Source: an uncultured Acidobacteriota bacterium
Lineage (GTDB): Bacteria; Acidobacteriota; Blastocatellia; RBC074
Reading direction: 5' to 3'
Length of the DNA stretch: 64,000 bases
Assembly: GCA_963796275.1 (NCBI GenBank)
Contig: CAWCKY010000007.1
Location: forward strand, 256,001-320,000
Position numbers and translations under genes: made by a program
Notes under the pieces: model-generated
What the model was told of the DNA's origin: nothing
Seen by the model: only the letters and a program-made list of their open reading frames with translations
Databases searched by the model: none
Part shown: positions 1-9,073 of the stretch, in pieces
How positions within the stretch are numbered: position 1 is the stretch's first letter
Layout of the letters: the number at the start of each line of letters is the position of its first letter

Positions 1-1
1 G

Positions 2-1264
2 AGCTGGGTCCATTTTCGGGGAGCTCTCGTGTTCGTATTGCTCCTCGCGGGCAACTTCTTCTGTCTGGCCTGTCCCTTTATGCTCCCGCGGCAACTGGCG
101 CGGCGTTTATTGCGGCCGCGATACAACTGGCCTCAGAGGCTACGCAATAAATGGGTATCGATCGCCCTCTTCATATTGATCCTCTTCCTTTATGAATTGT
201 TCGATCTTTGGGCGTCCCCCTGGTGGACGGCCTGGTTGATACTCGGTTATTTCCTCGCGATCCTGGTTGTCGACGGGGCTTTCAAACACGCGTCTTTTTG
301 TAAGTTCGTTTGCCCGATCGGGCAGTTCAACTTTGTCGCATCTGCCATCTCTCCGCTGGAAGTGCGCGTGCGAGATCAGGAAGTTTGCACTGGGTGCCGA
401 ACGAAGGATTGCATTCGCGGAAGGCGGGATCAATCGAGCGATTTGATAGTGATCCAGCGAGGATGCGAACTGGCGCTCTTTCAACCAGAAAAGGTGGGCA
501 ATATGGATTGCACATTTTGCCTGGATTGTGTGCACGCCTGTCCACATAACAACGTTGGAATAATGAGCCGCCTCCCCGCCCGTGAATTGACGATCGACAC
601 ACGACGATCCGGAATCGGTTATTTCTCTCGCCGCAGAGATCTGGCGGCATTATCCGTAGTGTTTACTTTCGGAGCTCTTCTGAATGCCTTCGGAATGGTC
701 AGCCCGGTTTATGCCGCGCAAAGATGGCTCGCCGGCGTGTTACAGATCGAGCAGGAAGCGCCGATCCTGGGCGTTATATTCGCAGTGGCTTTGGTTGTGG
801 AACCGATTCTCCTACTTGTTCTGGCCGGCTGGTTGACGAAAAGATGGGGAGGCAGCCGGAAAACAATTCTCCCGTTGATCATCAGGCATAGTTATGCGCT
901 GGTTCCGCTCGGATTCGGAATCTGGCTCTCGCACTACGGATTTCATTTTTTAACGGGGCTCTACACTATCGTTCCCGTATTTCAGAGCGTTCTGGCGAGT
1001 ACCGGATGGCCGATTTTGGGCGAGCCGTTTTGGAGGCTGGGAGGCTTGCCCGAGAATGTTATCTATCCGATAGAGCTGGGATTTCTGGGGCTCGGATTAC
1101 TGGGCTCACTGCTTGTAGTCTATCGTCAGGCGGAGGAAGACGCCGAGGCGCATACGGGAAGATTATTTTCGGTGTGGGGAGGCCTCTGTCTTCTTCTCTG
1201 GGTCTCCGCGCTGTGGCTGCTTTCTCAGCCGATGGAAATGCGCGGCACATTTCTGGGCGGGTAG
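2..1264 (+). CDS. 4Fe-4S-binding polytopic membrane protein (NapH/CcoG/YccM-like, 'FesM'-type), 5'-truncated by window edge
   Basis: Frame is open from base 2 (SWVHFRG...). Motifs FCLACPF, FCKFVCPIG, CTGCxxxxC and CTFCLDCVHACP; many TM helices; paralogous to the C-terminal part of 25176-27485. Confidence 0.8.
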   Translation, partial: SWVHFRGALVFVLLLAGNFFCLACPFMLPRQLARRLLRPRYNWPQRLRNKWVSIALFILILFLYELFDLWASPWWTAWLILGYFLAILVVDGAFKHASFCKFVCPIGQFNFVASAISPLEVRVRDQEVCTGCRTKDCIRGRRDQSSDLIVIQRGCELALFQPEKVGNMDCTFCLDCVHACPHNNVGIMSRLPARELTIDTRRSGIGYFSRRRDLAALSVVFTFGALLNAFGMVSPVYAAQRWLAGVLQIEQEAPILGVIFAVALVVEPILLLVLAGWLTKRWGGSRKTILPLIIRHSYALVPLGFGIWLSHYGFHFLTGLYTIVPVFQSVLASTGWPILGEPFWRLGGLPENVIYPIELGFLGLGLLGSLLVVYRQAEEDAEAHTGRLFSVWGGLCLLLWVSALWLLSQPMEMRGTFLGG

Positions 1265-1302
1265 AGTAAATCGCTACCATTCCGCCCTTGCCAATAGTGG
1301 CC

Positions 1303-1854
1303 ATGGTCGATTGTCTCAAACACAATAGATTAGCGTGGCTTGCCAGTGTCATCCTGGTGTTCGGATCAGTTCTGGCCTATGGAAGGCGGGTGAGCGCACA
1401 CGAGGGACCGCCCTATCCTATTCTGGTCGACCAAATGATCGGCCCGTGTCTTGTCTCGGTATGGGCCGACCCTGACGTCGGCATCGGCTCCTTCTTTATT
1501 ATTCTGGAGCCACCTCGAGGCGCTGCGCTGCCCGAAGACGTCACCATTGAGATTGGCGCGCAACCGATCAGCGGTAGACTTGCTGAATCTCGTTATAAGG
1601 CAGTGCGAGAAAATTTGAACAGTCGCGTACAGTTTAAAGCTGAGATACCATTCGACGCACAAGAGCGCTGGCTGACACGAATCTTCCTGAAAAGCTCAAA
1701 GGGCGGCGGAGAGACGAGTGTCGAAGTAGAAGTGACTCCACCAGGATACGGTCGCTGGGATCTGCTCTTGTACCTCTTTCCTTTTCTGGCTGTGGGCTCA
1801 CTCTGGCTCAAAGCATTTCTTCGCCGGCGGGATCGCAAAAAAACTTCAACATAG
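1303..1854 (+). CDS. Exported, C-terminally membrane-anchored hypothetical protein (YtkA/FixH-like)
   Basis: Signal peptide ending VSA-HEGPPYP, beta-rich body and a C-terminal TM helix; same layout and position as 27488-28054. Start uncertain. Confidence 0.55.
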   Translation: MVDCLKHNRLAWLASVILVFGSVLAYGRRVSAHEGPPYPILVDQMIGPCLVSVWADPDVGIGSFFIILEPPRGAALPEDVTIEIGAQPISGRLAESRYKAVRENLNSRVQFKAEIPFDAQERWLTRIFLKSSKGGGETSVEVEVTPPGYGRWDLLLYLFPFLAVGSLWLKAFLRRRDRKKTST

Positions 1855-2006
1855 CGAAGCTGCCAGGTGAAATGCCGATTTCAGCTTTACGCTCATCCCG
1901 ATGCTGATTTAAGCTGCAATGCTGCCCGATTGTCGATTGCCCTGAACGCGTTAGCGAACTTCAATGCGAATAAAACAATTTTAGACAGGCCTCAAATAAA
2001 CCGGCT

Positions 2007-4232
2007 ATGACCACACGAAGAGAATTCATTCAAAGATCCGGCCTTGTGCTGGCTTCTGCCGCCGCATCAAAAATCAATCCGGCGGCGCAACCGACCACAT
2101 GGTACGACCGTCCGATGCGTTGGGCGCAACTCACGCTGGTCGAAGACGATCCCGGCAAATACGATCCGGCTTTCTGGCTCGATTATTTCCGGCGCACGCA
2201 TTCAGATGCGGCATGCCTGTCTGCGGGCGGCTGCGTCGCTTATTATCCGACCAAAGTTCCTTTGCATTACCGCAGCCGATTTCTGGGCGACCGCGATTCA
2301 TTCGGTGAACTGGTGGCGGGCTGTCGCAAGCTGGGCATGAATGTAGTCGCGCGTACCGATCCGCACGCGGCGCATCAGGATGTTTACGACGCGCATCCGG
2401 ACTGGATCGCCGTCACCGCCGACGGCAAGAAGCTCAGGCATTGGGCCGACCCCGAGCTATGGGTGACGTGCGGGCTCGGCCCCTACAACTTCGAGTTCAT
2501 GACCGAGATTACGCGCGAGATTGTGCGGATGTATAAGGTCGACGGAATCTTCTCCAATCGCTGGGACGGCTCGGGCATGTGTTATTGCGAACACTGCCAG
2601 CAGAACTTTAAAAAGTTTTCCGGACTCGAGCTGCCCCGCACCAACAACCCGCTCGACGAAACGCGACGGCAATACATCGTCTGGCGCCAGGCACGGCTTT
2701 TCGAGTTGTGGCGGTTGTGGGACGGCGAGATCAAAAAAATCAATCCGAACGCGGGCTACATCGCGAACGCGGGCGGAGGCGCGCTCAGCAGTCTCGACAT
2801 GAAGACAATCGGGGAGCTGGCGCCCACATTGTTCGCCGATCGCCAGGCGAGGCGCGGCTTGATGCCGCCGTGGGCGAACGGCAAGAACGGCAAGGAGTAC
2901 GGCGCGACGCTCGGACGCAAGGCAATCGCCGGCATCTTCAGCGTGGGCGTAGAAGAGCCTTATCGCTGGAAAGATTCAGTCCAGAGCAGCGACGAGATCA
3001 GACTCTGGGTGGTCGACGGCATCGCGCATAACCTGCGCCCCTGGTTCACGAAATTCAACGGCAAGGTGATCGACAGGCGCTGGCTGAAAGTGGTTGAGGA
3101 TCTGTATGGCTGGCATCACAGAAACGAACGTTATCTACGTAACGAACGTTCGCTGGCCCGCCTGGCGATCGTTTATTCGCAGCAGACGGCCGCTTTTTAC
3201 GGCGGCGAACAGGCGCGAGCTCGCGTCGAAGATCACGCTTTGGGGTTTTATCAGGCATTGATCGAAGCGCGCGTGCCGTTCGATATGGTGCACGACCAGT
3301 TGCTCGATGCGGCCCACATTCGCCAGTACCGGACGCTGATTCTGCCGAATATCGCCGCTCTTTCATCGGCGCAATGCGCACAGCTCAAAGAGTTTGTCGC
3401 GAACGGCGGCAATCTGATCGCCACTCACGAGACTTCGCTATACGATGAATGGGGAGTGCGGCGCAGCGATTTCGGGCTGGCATCTCTGTTCGGCGCTTCG
3501 TTCGCGGGACGTGTCGAGCACAATATCCATAACTCTTATCTCAACGTAGACAAAGACCCGCGCACCGGCCAATTTCATCCGATCGTTCGCGGCCTGGAGG
3601 ATGCTACCCGCATCATAAATGGCGTCCACTGGGTGCACGTCAAATCTCACGCGGAATCTGATGCTCCGGCCAATGTCCCGAATGACCTGCGCGCCTCGTA
3701 TGCACCGTTGACGCTGGTGCCTTCTTATCCCGATTTGCCGATGGAGCAGGTATGGCCGCGGGTGCCGCGCACCGATACGCCGGGCGTTTATGCGCGACAG
3801 ACGGGGCACCCGGAGCGTGGGCGCGTGGTCTATTTCCCCTTCGACATCGATCGCACGTTCTGGGAAGTGTTGTCGGTCGATCACGGCAAGGTCCTGCAAA
3901 ACGCCGTCGCATGGGCGCATAACGAAGAGCAGCCGCTGGAGGTAAAGGGTCGCGGTATGCTGGACGTTTCCCTGTGGATGCAGAAGGAATCGGTGACCGC
4001 GCATCTGGTAAACCTGACCAATCCGATGATGATGAAGGGGCCGGTGCGCGAGATCATCCCACTGTCAGAGCAACAGGTGCGCATTCGCGTGCCGGAAGGT
4101 CGCGGGGTTAAAAAAGCGCATCTGCTCGTCAGCGGTAAGCAGCCGGTCTGGCGTCAGGCGGGGGAATTCGTGAGTCTGAGCGTTCCATCTATCGATCTAC
4201 ACGAAGTCATCGCGCTGGACCTTGCAATTTGA
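2007..4232 (+). CDS. Tat-exported putative glycoside hydrolase (GHL6-like domain + beta-galactosidase trimerisation-like domain)
   Basis: Twin-arginine TRREFI. TIM-barrel-like N-terminus with CYCEHC; YRTLILPN...GGNLIAT trimerisation-type segment. Confidence 0.7.
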   Translation: MTTRREFIQRSGLVLASAAASKINPAAQPTTWYDRPMRWAQLTLVEDDPGKYDPAFWLDYFRRTHSDAACLSAGGCVAYYPTKVPLHYRSRFLGDRDSFGELVAGCRKLGMNVVARTDPHAAHQDVYDAHPDWIAVTADGKKLRHWADPELWVTCGLGPYNFEFMTEITREIVRMYKVDGIFSNRWDGSGMCYCEHCQQNFKKFSGLELPRTNNPLDETRRQYIVWRQARLFELWRLWDGEIKKINPNAGYIANAGGGALSSLDMKTIGELAPTLFADRQARRGLMPPWANGKNGKEYGATLGRKAIAGIFSVGVEEPYRWKDSVQSSDEIRLWVVDGIAHNLRPWFTKFNGKVIDRRWLKVVEDLYGWHHRNERYLRNERSLARLAIVYSQQTAAFYGGEQARARVEDHALGFYQALIEARVPFDMVHDQLLDAAHIRQYRTLILPNIAALSSAQCAQLKEFVANGGNLIATHETSLYDEWGVRRSDFGLASLFGASFAGRVEHNIHNSYLNVDKDPRTGQFHPIVRGLEDATRIINGVHWVHVKSHAESDAPANVPNDLRASYAPLTLVPSYPDLPMEQVWPRVPRTDTPGVYARQTGHPERGRVVYFPFDIDRTFWEVLSVDHGKVLQNAVAWAHNEEQPLEVKGRGMLDVSLWMQKESVTAHLVNLTNPMMMKGPVREIIPLSEQQVRIRVPEGRGVKKAHLLVSGKQPVWRQAGEFVSLSVPSIDLHEVIALDLAI

Positions 4233-4514
4233 TGACCTGGTGACGAGGCCGGCATTCCCATTGGATGACGCGCTCATCTTTGCCGTCGATAAGCCGGGAA
4301 CAGATAATCCTTGTATAGAAGAATTTATCAAACAAATGATGCCGTGGGCACACGGCTATCAGTTCATGTTCATTCTTTTATTGTTTCATTTTTGCGCGCC
4401 ACTAGGCGACACGCGTTCTTCCTCTAATATAAAAATTTTCGTTGGCAAATCGTTAAGATCGTTGAGATGTTTATCAATAATAACCACACTATTCGAAAAC
4501 TAATCCTCACCCAC

Positions 4515-5317
4515 GGCTCCAGAGGAGCCTAATGTTTATAGTTCGCGGCATCTAACTATATTTTTGAGCGCCGGAGGAGCGACATATCGGACTATTCGCT
4601 CATGCCGAAATTGGCATTACCTGCTCGAGCTTGGATTGTCACACCACCTCTCGAAATTATCATTGTTAGTCTTCGATGAAATCGAAAACATATTTGTCCT
4701 CAAAGGCGATATCGAACTTCCTCAACAATCCCAGGTATTCGCCTTTGAATGAGCTCTTGCCGTGATGCTCCTCTTGATTTCGAAGGTAGCGGATCACATT
4801 CCCCAATTGTGAATGTGAGTATGAGAATGCACCGAACCCTTCCTGCCAATGGAATCTGCCTTTCACCCAACGCCGCTCATTGATGAACTTCGAGGAGCTG
4901 GCTTTAACATCCCGTACCATATCTGACAGAGCGATATTCGGTTTCATACCGATCAACACGTGCAGATGATCGGGCATTCCGTTAATCGCAATCAGCTTCT
5001 GACCCTTATTGCGAATAATGCCGGTGATATATTGGTATAGCTCTTCTTTATAGTTAGGCTTGATCAGATTTTGCCACCCCTGCATGGCAAAGACCACTTG
5101 AATGTAGATTTGTGTGTACGTGTCAGCCATGTGTCCCTCCATTGTTGTTGAACCAAGTGTTCGTAAGGAGTGGCCGACAGTCTGTAAGATTTACAGAAAT
5201 GGGATGAACGAGTCAAACCAAAATCCAGAGGGGGCAAATTCCGCACATTCCGCTCCTCCGCCGGAGCTTGGGGAAGGGGGCAGATTTGAACTATATACAT
5301 CTGGCCCCTCTGGGGCT
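4515..5317. mobile_element. REP-flanked Y1 transposase element: two REPs on the left (4515-4541, 4567-4587), two inverted REPs on the right (5245-5268, 5291-5317), around tnpA
   Basis: GGCTCCAGAGGAGCC..ATGTTTATAG and AGCGCCGGAGGAGCGACATAT are mirrored by ACATTCCGCTCCTCC(GCC)GGAGCT and CTATATACATCTGGCCCCTCTGGGGCT. Confidence 0.75.
4666..5130 (-). CDS. tnpA: IS200/IS605-family Y1 (HUH) transposase, REP-associated type
   Basis: HUH motif MPDHLH, WQEGFGAFS and catalytic Tyr in IRYLRNQEEHH. GGAGG RBS before the ATG at 5130. No tnpB. Confidence 0.9.
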   Translation of the reverse strand: MADTYTQIYIQVVFAMQGWQNLIKPNYKEELYQYITGIIRNKGQKLIAINGMPDHLHVLIGMKPNIALSDMVRDVKASSSKFINERRWVKGRFHWQEGFGAFSYSHSQLGNVIRYLRNQEEHHGKSSFKGEYLGLLRKFDIAFEDKYVFDFIED

Positions 5318-5616
5318 AAAGATTATAAGTCGATCAGCGAATTCGGCGACCGGTTAATGGTGACTCAGTTCCTTTCCGATTGGATAGCGCGCCGCTGTGT
5401 TTTTATTACCGCTGTCCCGGAAAATTGCGACCCTGTCCTCCGGGGCTTTGGAAAGGGGTTCAGGTTTGAACTATATACATCTGGCCCCTCTGGGGCTAAA
5501 AGATTATAAGTCGATCAGCGAATTCGGCGACCGGTTAATGGTGACTCAGTCCCTGTCCGATTGTATAGTGCGTCGCTGTGTTTTTATTACCGCTGTCCCG
5601 GAAAATTGCGACCCTG
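5254..5616. repeat. Imperfect tandem duplication, ~181-bp unit (5254-5435, 5436-5616)
   Basis: Direct comparison. The unit is the right REP pair + intergenic DNA + last 10 codons (incl. stop) of the TPR gene. Confidence 0.95.
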
Positions 5617-6612
5617 CACCGCTTCCAGCACGGTCGGGTTTTCCCGCCTCAGTTTCAGCGACAGCTCTTTTTCTTTGCGCGCCTGCTCTTCGTCGCCTAG
5701 CCGGAAATAGACTTGTGACAGCAGCAGGTGCGGCTGTGGATGATGCGGGTCGAGCCGCGCGGCCTCGTTGAGCTCTTTCACCGCCTGTTCCCATCGCTTG
5801 AGCCCCATCAGTGCCCGGGAGAGCGCGACGCGTGCGGGAACATAATCTGTCCTGATTTTGATAGCACGTTCCAAATATGGAATTGCTTCCTCATAACGGC
5901 CAAATTGCTGCATCAGGTCGCCGTAAAAAAATGGCGGCTCCTCATAGGATGGATCTAGCGACATCGCCTTTTCCAATTCCTTGAGCGCCTCATCGGTCTG
6001 GCCGACCTTCTGCAGATGGAACCCGTACTCGAAATGGGCCCGCGCTGACTGCGGGAACCGCTTCACGGCGCGGCCCGCGAGCTCGAGCGCCTCCGCGTAC
6101 AATCCGGCATCCTGGTGCGACTTGATAGCAAGGTAGTAAGCATTCGCGTCATCCGGGGCAAGTTCCACAGCCCTTCGAGCAGCATCAGCCGCCTCTTGAA
6201 AATAACGGCCCTTGCCATACTCCACCGCCATGACTTGCAGAAGCTTGACGTTCTTCGGGTTCAGCTTCAGCGCGGTTCTCCAGGCGAGCAGCGCATCCTC
6301 GCGCCGCTCAGCAGCCTGATAACACGCGCCCCGCAGGTAATGAGTATTGAAGTCTTGCGGGGATATCTTAGCCGCTCTTTCAAGGAGAGGAATCGCTTCG
6401 TTGATCTGTTTGCGCGAGAAGTAGAAGTAACCGAGATTGAAAAGGGCAGGAAAATATCGCGGCGACAGGTCAATCGCCTTTAGCCACAGGCGCTCCGCTT
6501 CCTCGTATCGCCGGGCTTGCGCTGCCTGTTGCGCAGATTCCGAAAGCGCCGACGGATCCTGCGCGTACAAGGTTGCCGAGATCATCGTCGCAATAACTAC
6601 AATCTTTATCAT
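5587..6612 (-). CDS. Exported tetratricopeptide repeat protein
   Basis: Signal peptide (..LYA-Q) and repeated TPR signatures (A..L.P..., LG..Y). Confidence 0.9.
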   Translation of the reverse strand: MIKIVVIATMISATLYAQDPSALSESAQQAAQARRYEEAERLWLKAIDLSPRYFPALFNLGYFYFSRKQINEAIPLLERAAKISPQDFNTHYLRGACYQAAERREDALLAWRTALKLNPKNVKLLQVMAVEYGKGRYFQEAADAARRAVELAPDDANAYYLAIKSHQDAGLYAEALELAGRAVKRFPQSARAHFEYGFHLQKVGQTDEALKELEKAMSLDPSYEEPPFFYGDLMQQFGRYEEAIPYLERAIKIRTDYVPARVALSRALMGLKRWEQAVKELNEAARLDPHHPQPHLLLSQVYFRLGDEEQARKEKELSLKLRRENPTVLEAVQGRNFPGQR

Positions 6613-6635
6613 AGGTAAGCAGTCAGCAAAGACTT

Positions 6636-6740
6636 ATTTTCATTTTACATTTTACATTTGTCATTTAAGTCGCTCCCCAGGATGCAATCAATGACAAATG
6701 ACAAATGACAAATGTAAAATGACAAATGTAAAATGAAAAT
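6636..6740. repeat. Inverted heptamer-array element (ATTTTAC/TTTGTCA ... AAATGAC/AAATGTA)
   Basis: 7-bp periodic arrays in inverted orientation around a short spacer. The spacer resembles the one at 50160-50182. Confidence 0.85.
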
Positions 6741-6766
6741 CAATTACCCGTCAGCGCTTTTATCTT

Positions 6767-8602
6767 TCATTTCTGCGTCGCTAACCGCTTCGCCGTTCCG
6801 CTGCCTTCGACAAGCAGCAGAAATGCGTCGGCCGGCGCACCCGGAAACTCCTCGATCCGGCCGGAGGGCCATTTAACCTTCATACGGTCGATACGGTTTG
6901 CGCGGCCCAGGCCGAAATGCAGGCGAAGATCGTTCTGCGAAACATAGCTCGACTGGCTGAGAACCGGCTTGGTCTGGATCTGTCCTGCCGCCTCAACTTG
7001 GACGATGGCCCCGATCGCGCTCCGGTTGGATTTCGTGCCCTCAAGCCGAAGTTGTATCCAATGACCGGAACCCGCCGGTGCCTTGAGTTCGTTACGCAGA
7101 AGCGATGGGGCCTCACCCATATTCATTACGAGTACATCGATGTCACCGTCATTATCGACGTCTCCGAACGCTGCGCCCCGGCTCGACTTCAGCTCCATCA
7201 CTCCAGGCCCCGCTTGGGCGCTCACATCTTCGAAGCGGCAATCGCCGAGATTGCGATAGATCAACCGGGGATTGCGATATGATTCTCCCGTTTTTCGAGG
7301 CGCGGCGTCGAGCTCCGGATAGACATGGCCATTCACCTGAAAGATATCGGTCAGTCCGTCATTATCCATATCCGCGAAGGCCACTCCCCAGCCCACATAT
7401 TGCGGGTTGACGGCTAATCCCGCACGTACGACTACATCTTCGAAGATGCCATCGCCGGTGTTGCGAAAGAGATTGGGATAGTCGCCGGCGAAGTTGGTCT
7501 TGACCAGGTCCAGCAGGCCGTCGTTATCGAAGTCCGCAACGCCGACTCCCATGCCGCCCTGTTCGAACCCATGTTCGCTGAATGCCACGCCGGCTTCCGC
7601 GCCAATATCGGTGAATGTCCCATTCCGGTTGTTCCGTAAGAGAATGCTGGGAGTCGAGTCGCAGGCGATGTAGATATCCGTCCATCCGTCGCCGTTGAAA
7701 TCAGCAGCCACCGGCGTGAAAGCGTAAAAACCTTTGACCGATCCTACACCTGAATCCGCGGTGGCCTCTTCGAATGTCAGGTTGCCGCGATTGCGGTAAA
7801 GCGTCACGGAGCCGTATGGCAAACCCCTGGGGCCGCAGAACACGGGCATGCCTTTCCATTCGCAGTTGGATGCCTTCCCGGGCAGCGGCGCGGTTGCGAG
7901 GTCGAAATCCTGATAACTCGTCACTAAAAGGTCCAGATTACCGTCACGGTCGTAATCCAGAAATGTGCAGCCGGAACTCCACTCTTTTGCAGGTCCGGCT
8001 GTCCCGCTCCGGGATGTGAGCTCCTCGAAGACGCCGTCACCACGATTGCGGTAAAGGGCATTCGGCCCCCAATAGGTGAGATAGAGGTCCAGATTACCGT
8101 CATTGTCGACATCTCCGGCACACACGCCCGAACCCCAGCCCGAGCGAGCCAGCCCCGACTTCTTCGTCACGTCCTCAAAGCCACGCGCGCCGGTATTGCG
8201 ATAGAGATGATTAGTCGGTGGCTGTCCATTGCTGTACCCTTCAAGGCGCGATCCGTTTACCATGAAAAGGTCCAGCCTGCCGTCTTTATCATAGTCGATG
8301 AAGGCGACGCCCGTTCCATTTGCCTCGATGATGTACTTCTTGCTCGTCTCATTCCCCGCGGTAAAGCGCATAGAAAGCCCATATTGCGCAGCGATGTCCG
8401 TAAATTTTGCGAGGAAAGGTTTCCCTGAAACGGGAGCGCGAGTCGCAGGCGTGGCGTTTCGGGTCGCGACTCCTTGCGCCTCGATTGTCTCGATTTCCCC
8501 GTCTGTGTAGATGTATAACCCGCCCGCGAGGAACCCAAGCATAAAGAGCACTGCCGTTCGCCATTGGGCGACGCGCTTTTCCATCCTTTGTTTATTTGCC
8601 AT
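6767..8602 (-). CDS. CRTAC1-family protein (FG-GAP repeats + ASPIC/UnbV domain)
   Basis: Multiple DxDxDGxxD repeats and a C-terminal SYVSQNDLRLHFGLG...VKWPSG. Confidence 0.92.
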   Translation of the reverse strand: MANKQRMEKRVAQWRTAVLFMLGFLAGGLYIYTDGEIETIEAQGVATRNATPATRAPVSGKPFLAKFTDIAAQYGLSMRFTAGNETSKKYIIEANGTGVAFIDYDKDGRLDLFMVNGSRLEGYSNGQPPTNHLYRNTGARGFEDVTKKSGLARSGWGSGVCAGDVDNDGNLDLYLTYWGPNALYRNRGDGVFEELTSRSGTAGPAKEWSSGCTFLDYDRDGNLDLLVTSYQDFDLATAPLPGKASNCEWKGMPVFCGPRGLPYGSVTLYRNRGNLTFEEATADSGVGSVKGFYAFTPVAADFNGDGWTDIYIACDSTPSILLRNNRNGTFTDIGAEAGVAFSEHGFEQGGMGVGVADFDNDGLLDLVKTNFAGDYPNLFRNTGDGIFEDVVVRAGLAVNPQYVGWGVAFADMDNDGLTDIFQVNGHVYPELDAAPRKTGESYRNPRLIYRNLGDCRFEDVSAQAGPGVMELKSSRGAAFGDVDNDGDIDVLVMNMGEAPSLLRNELKAPAGSGHWIQLRLEGTKSNRSAIGAIVQVEAAGQIQTKPVLSQSSYVSQNDLRLHFGLGRANRIDRMKVKWPSGRIEEFPGAPADAFLLLVEGSGTAKRLATQK

Positions 8603-8703
8603 AGGCTTTAGTTATTGAGGCGTCAAATAGCACCAAAACCACTAGATACAAAATCTAAGCCGGGAAATTACCCGCAATATTCCGAGCTTATATTTCTTAT
8701 CTT

Positions 8704-8770
8704 TATACCTCTAAGATACTGCCTGAATCGGTTTCCATATACCTTTAAGATACTGCCTGAATCGGTTCCA
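8704..8770. repeat. 34-bp tandem direct repeat in a divergent promoter region
   Basis: TATACCTCTAAGATACTGCCTGAATCGGTTTCCA followed by TATACCTTTAAGATACTGCCTGAATCGGTTCCA. Confidence 0.9.
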
Positions 8771-8816
8771 TTCGGATTACATAATGTGGAGACAATCATA
8801 TTATTTGTATTTTTTC

Positions 8817-8846
8817 TTGACAAGTTGATGAGAGCATATTTATAGT
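8817..8846 (+). promoter_or_regulatory. Putative sigma70 promoter for the TonB receptor
   Basis: TTGACA-N18-TATAGT in an AT-rich intergenic region. Confidence 0.5.
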
Positions 8847-9073
8847 GCTCGTATCTACTCTATTCTGTACATTTAGAGAAAATTCAGAGCTGGTTAAAAA
8901 GCTTACGATATAGCTTAGCTGGGCTTGCTATTCATTGCAGTACTGGGGGAAGCAAGCGACTGAGTCTCCACATCTAATAATTTGCTGACAATTCGTGTGC
9001 TTTCGGTCCCGCACTGCTACCGGTTGGTTTCTCAATAATCGACCTGATTGAGAGAGAAAAGGAGGAGAAGTTT

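Noticed and set aside
5114-5794. Small ORFs 5114-5509, 5397-5771 and 5546-5794
   Set aside because: They are read-throughs of REPs and the tandem duplication, or overlap the TPR gene.
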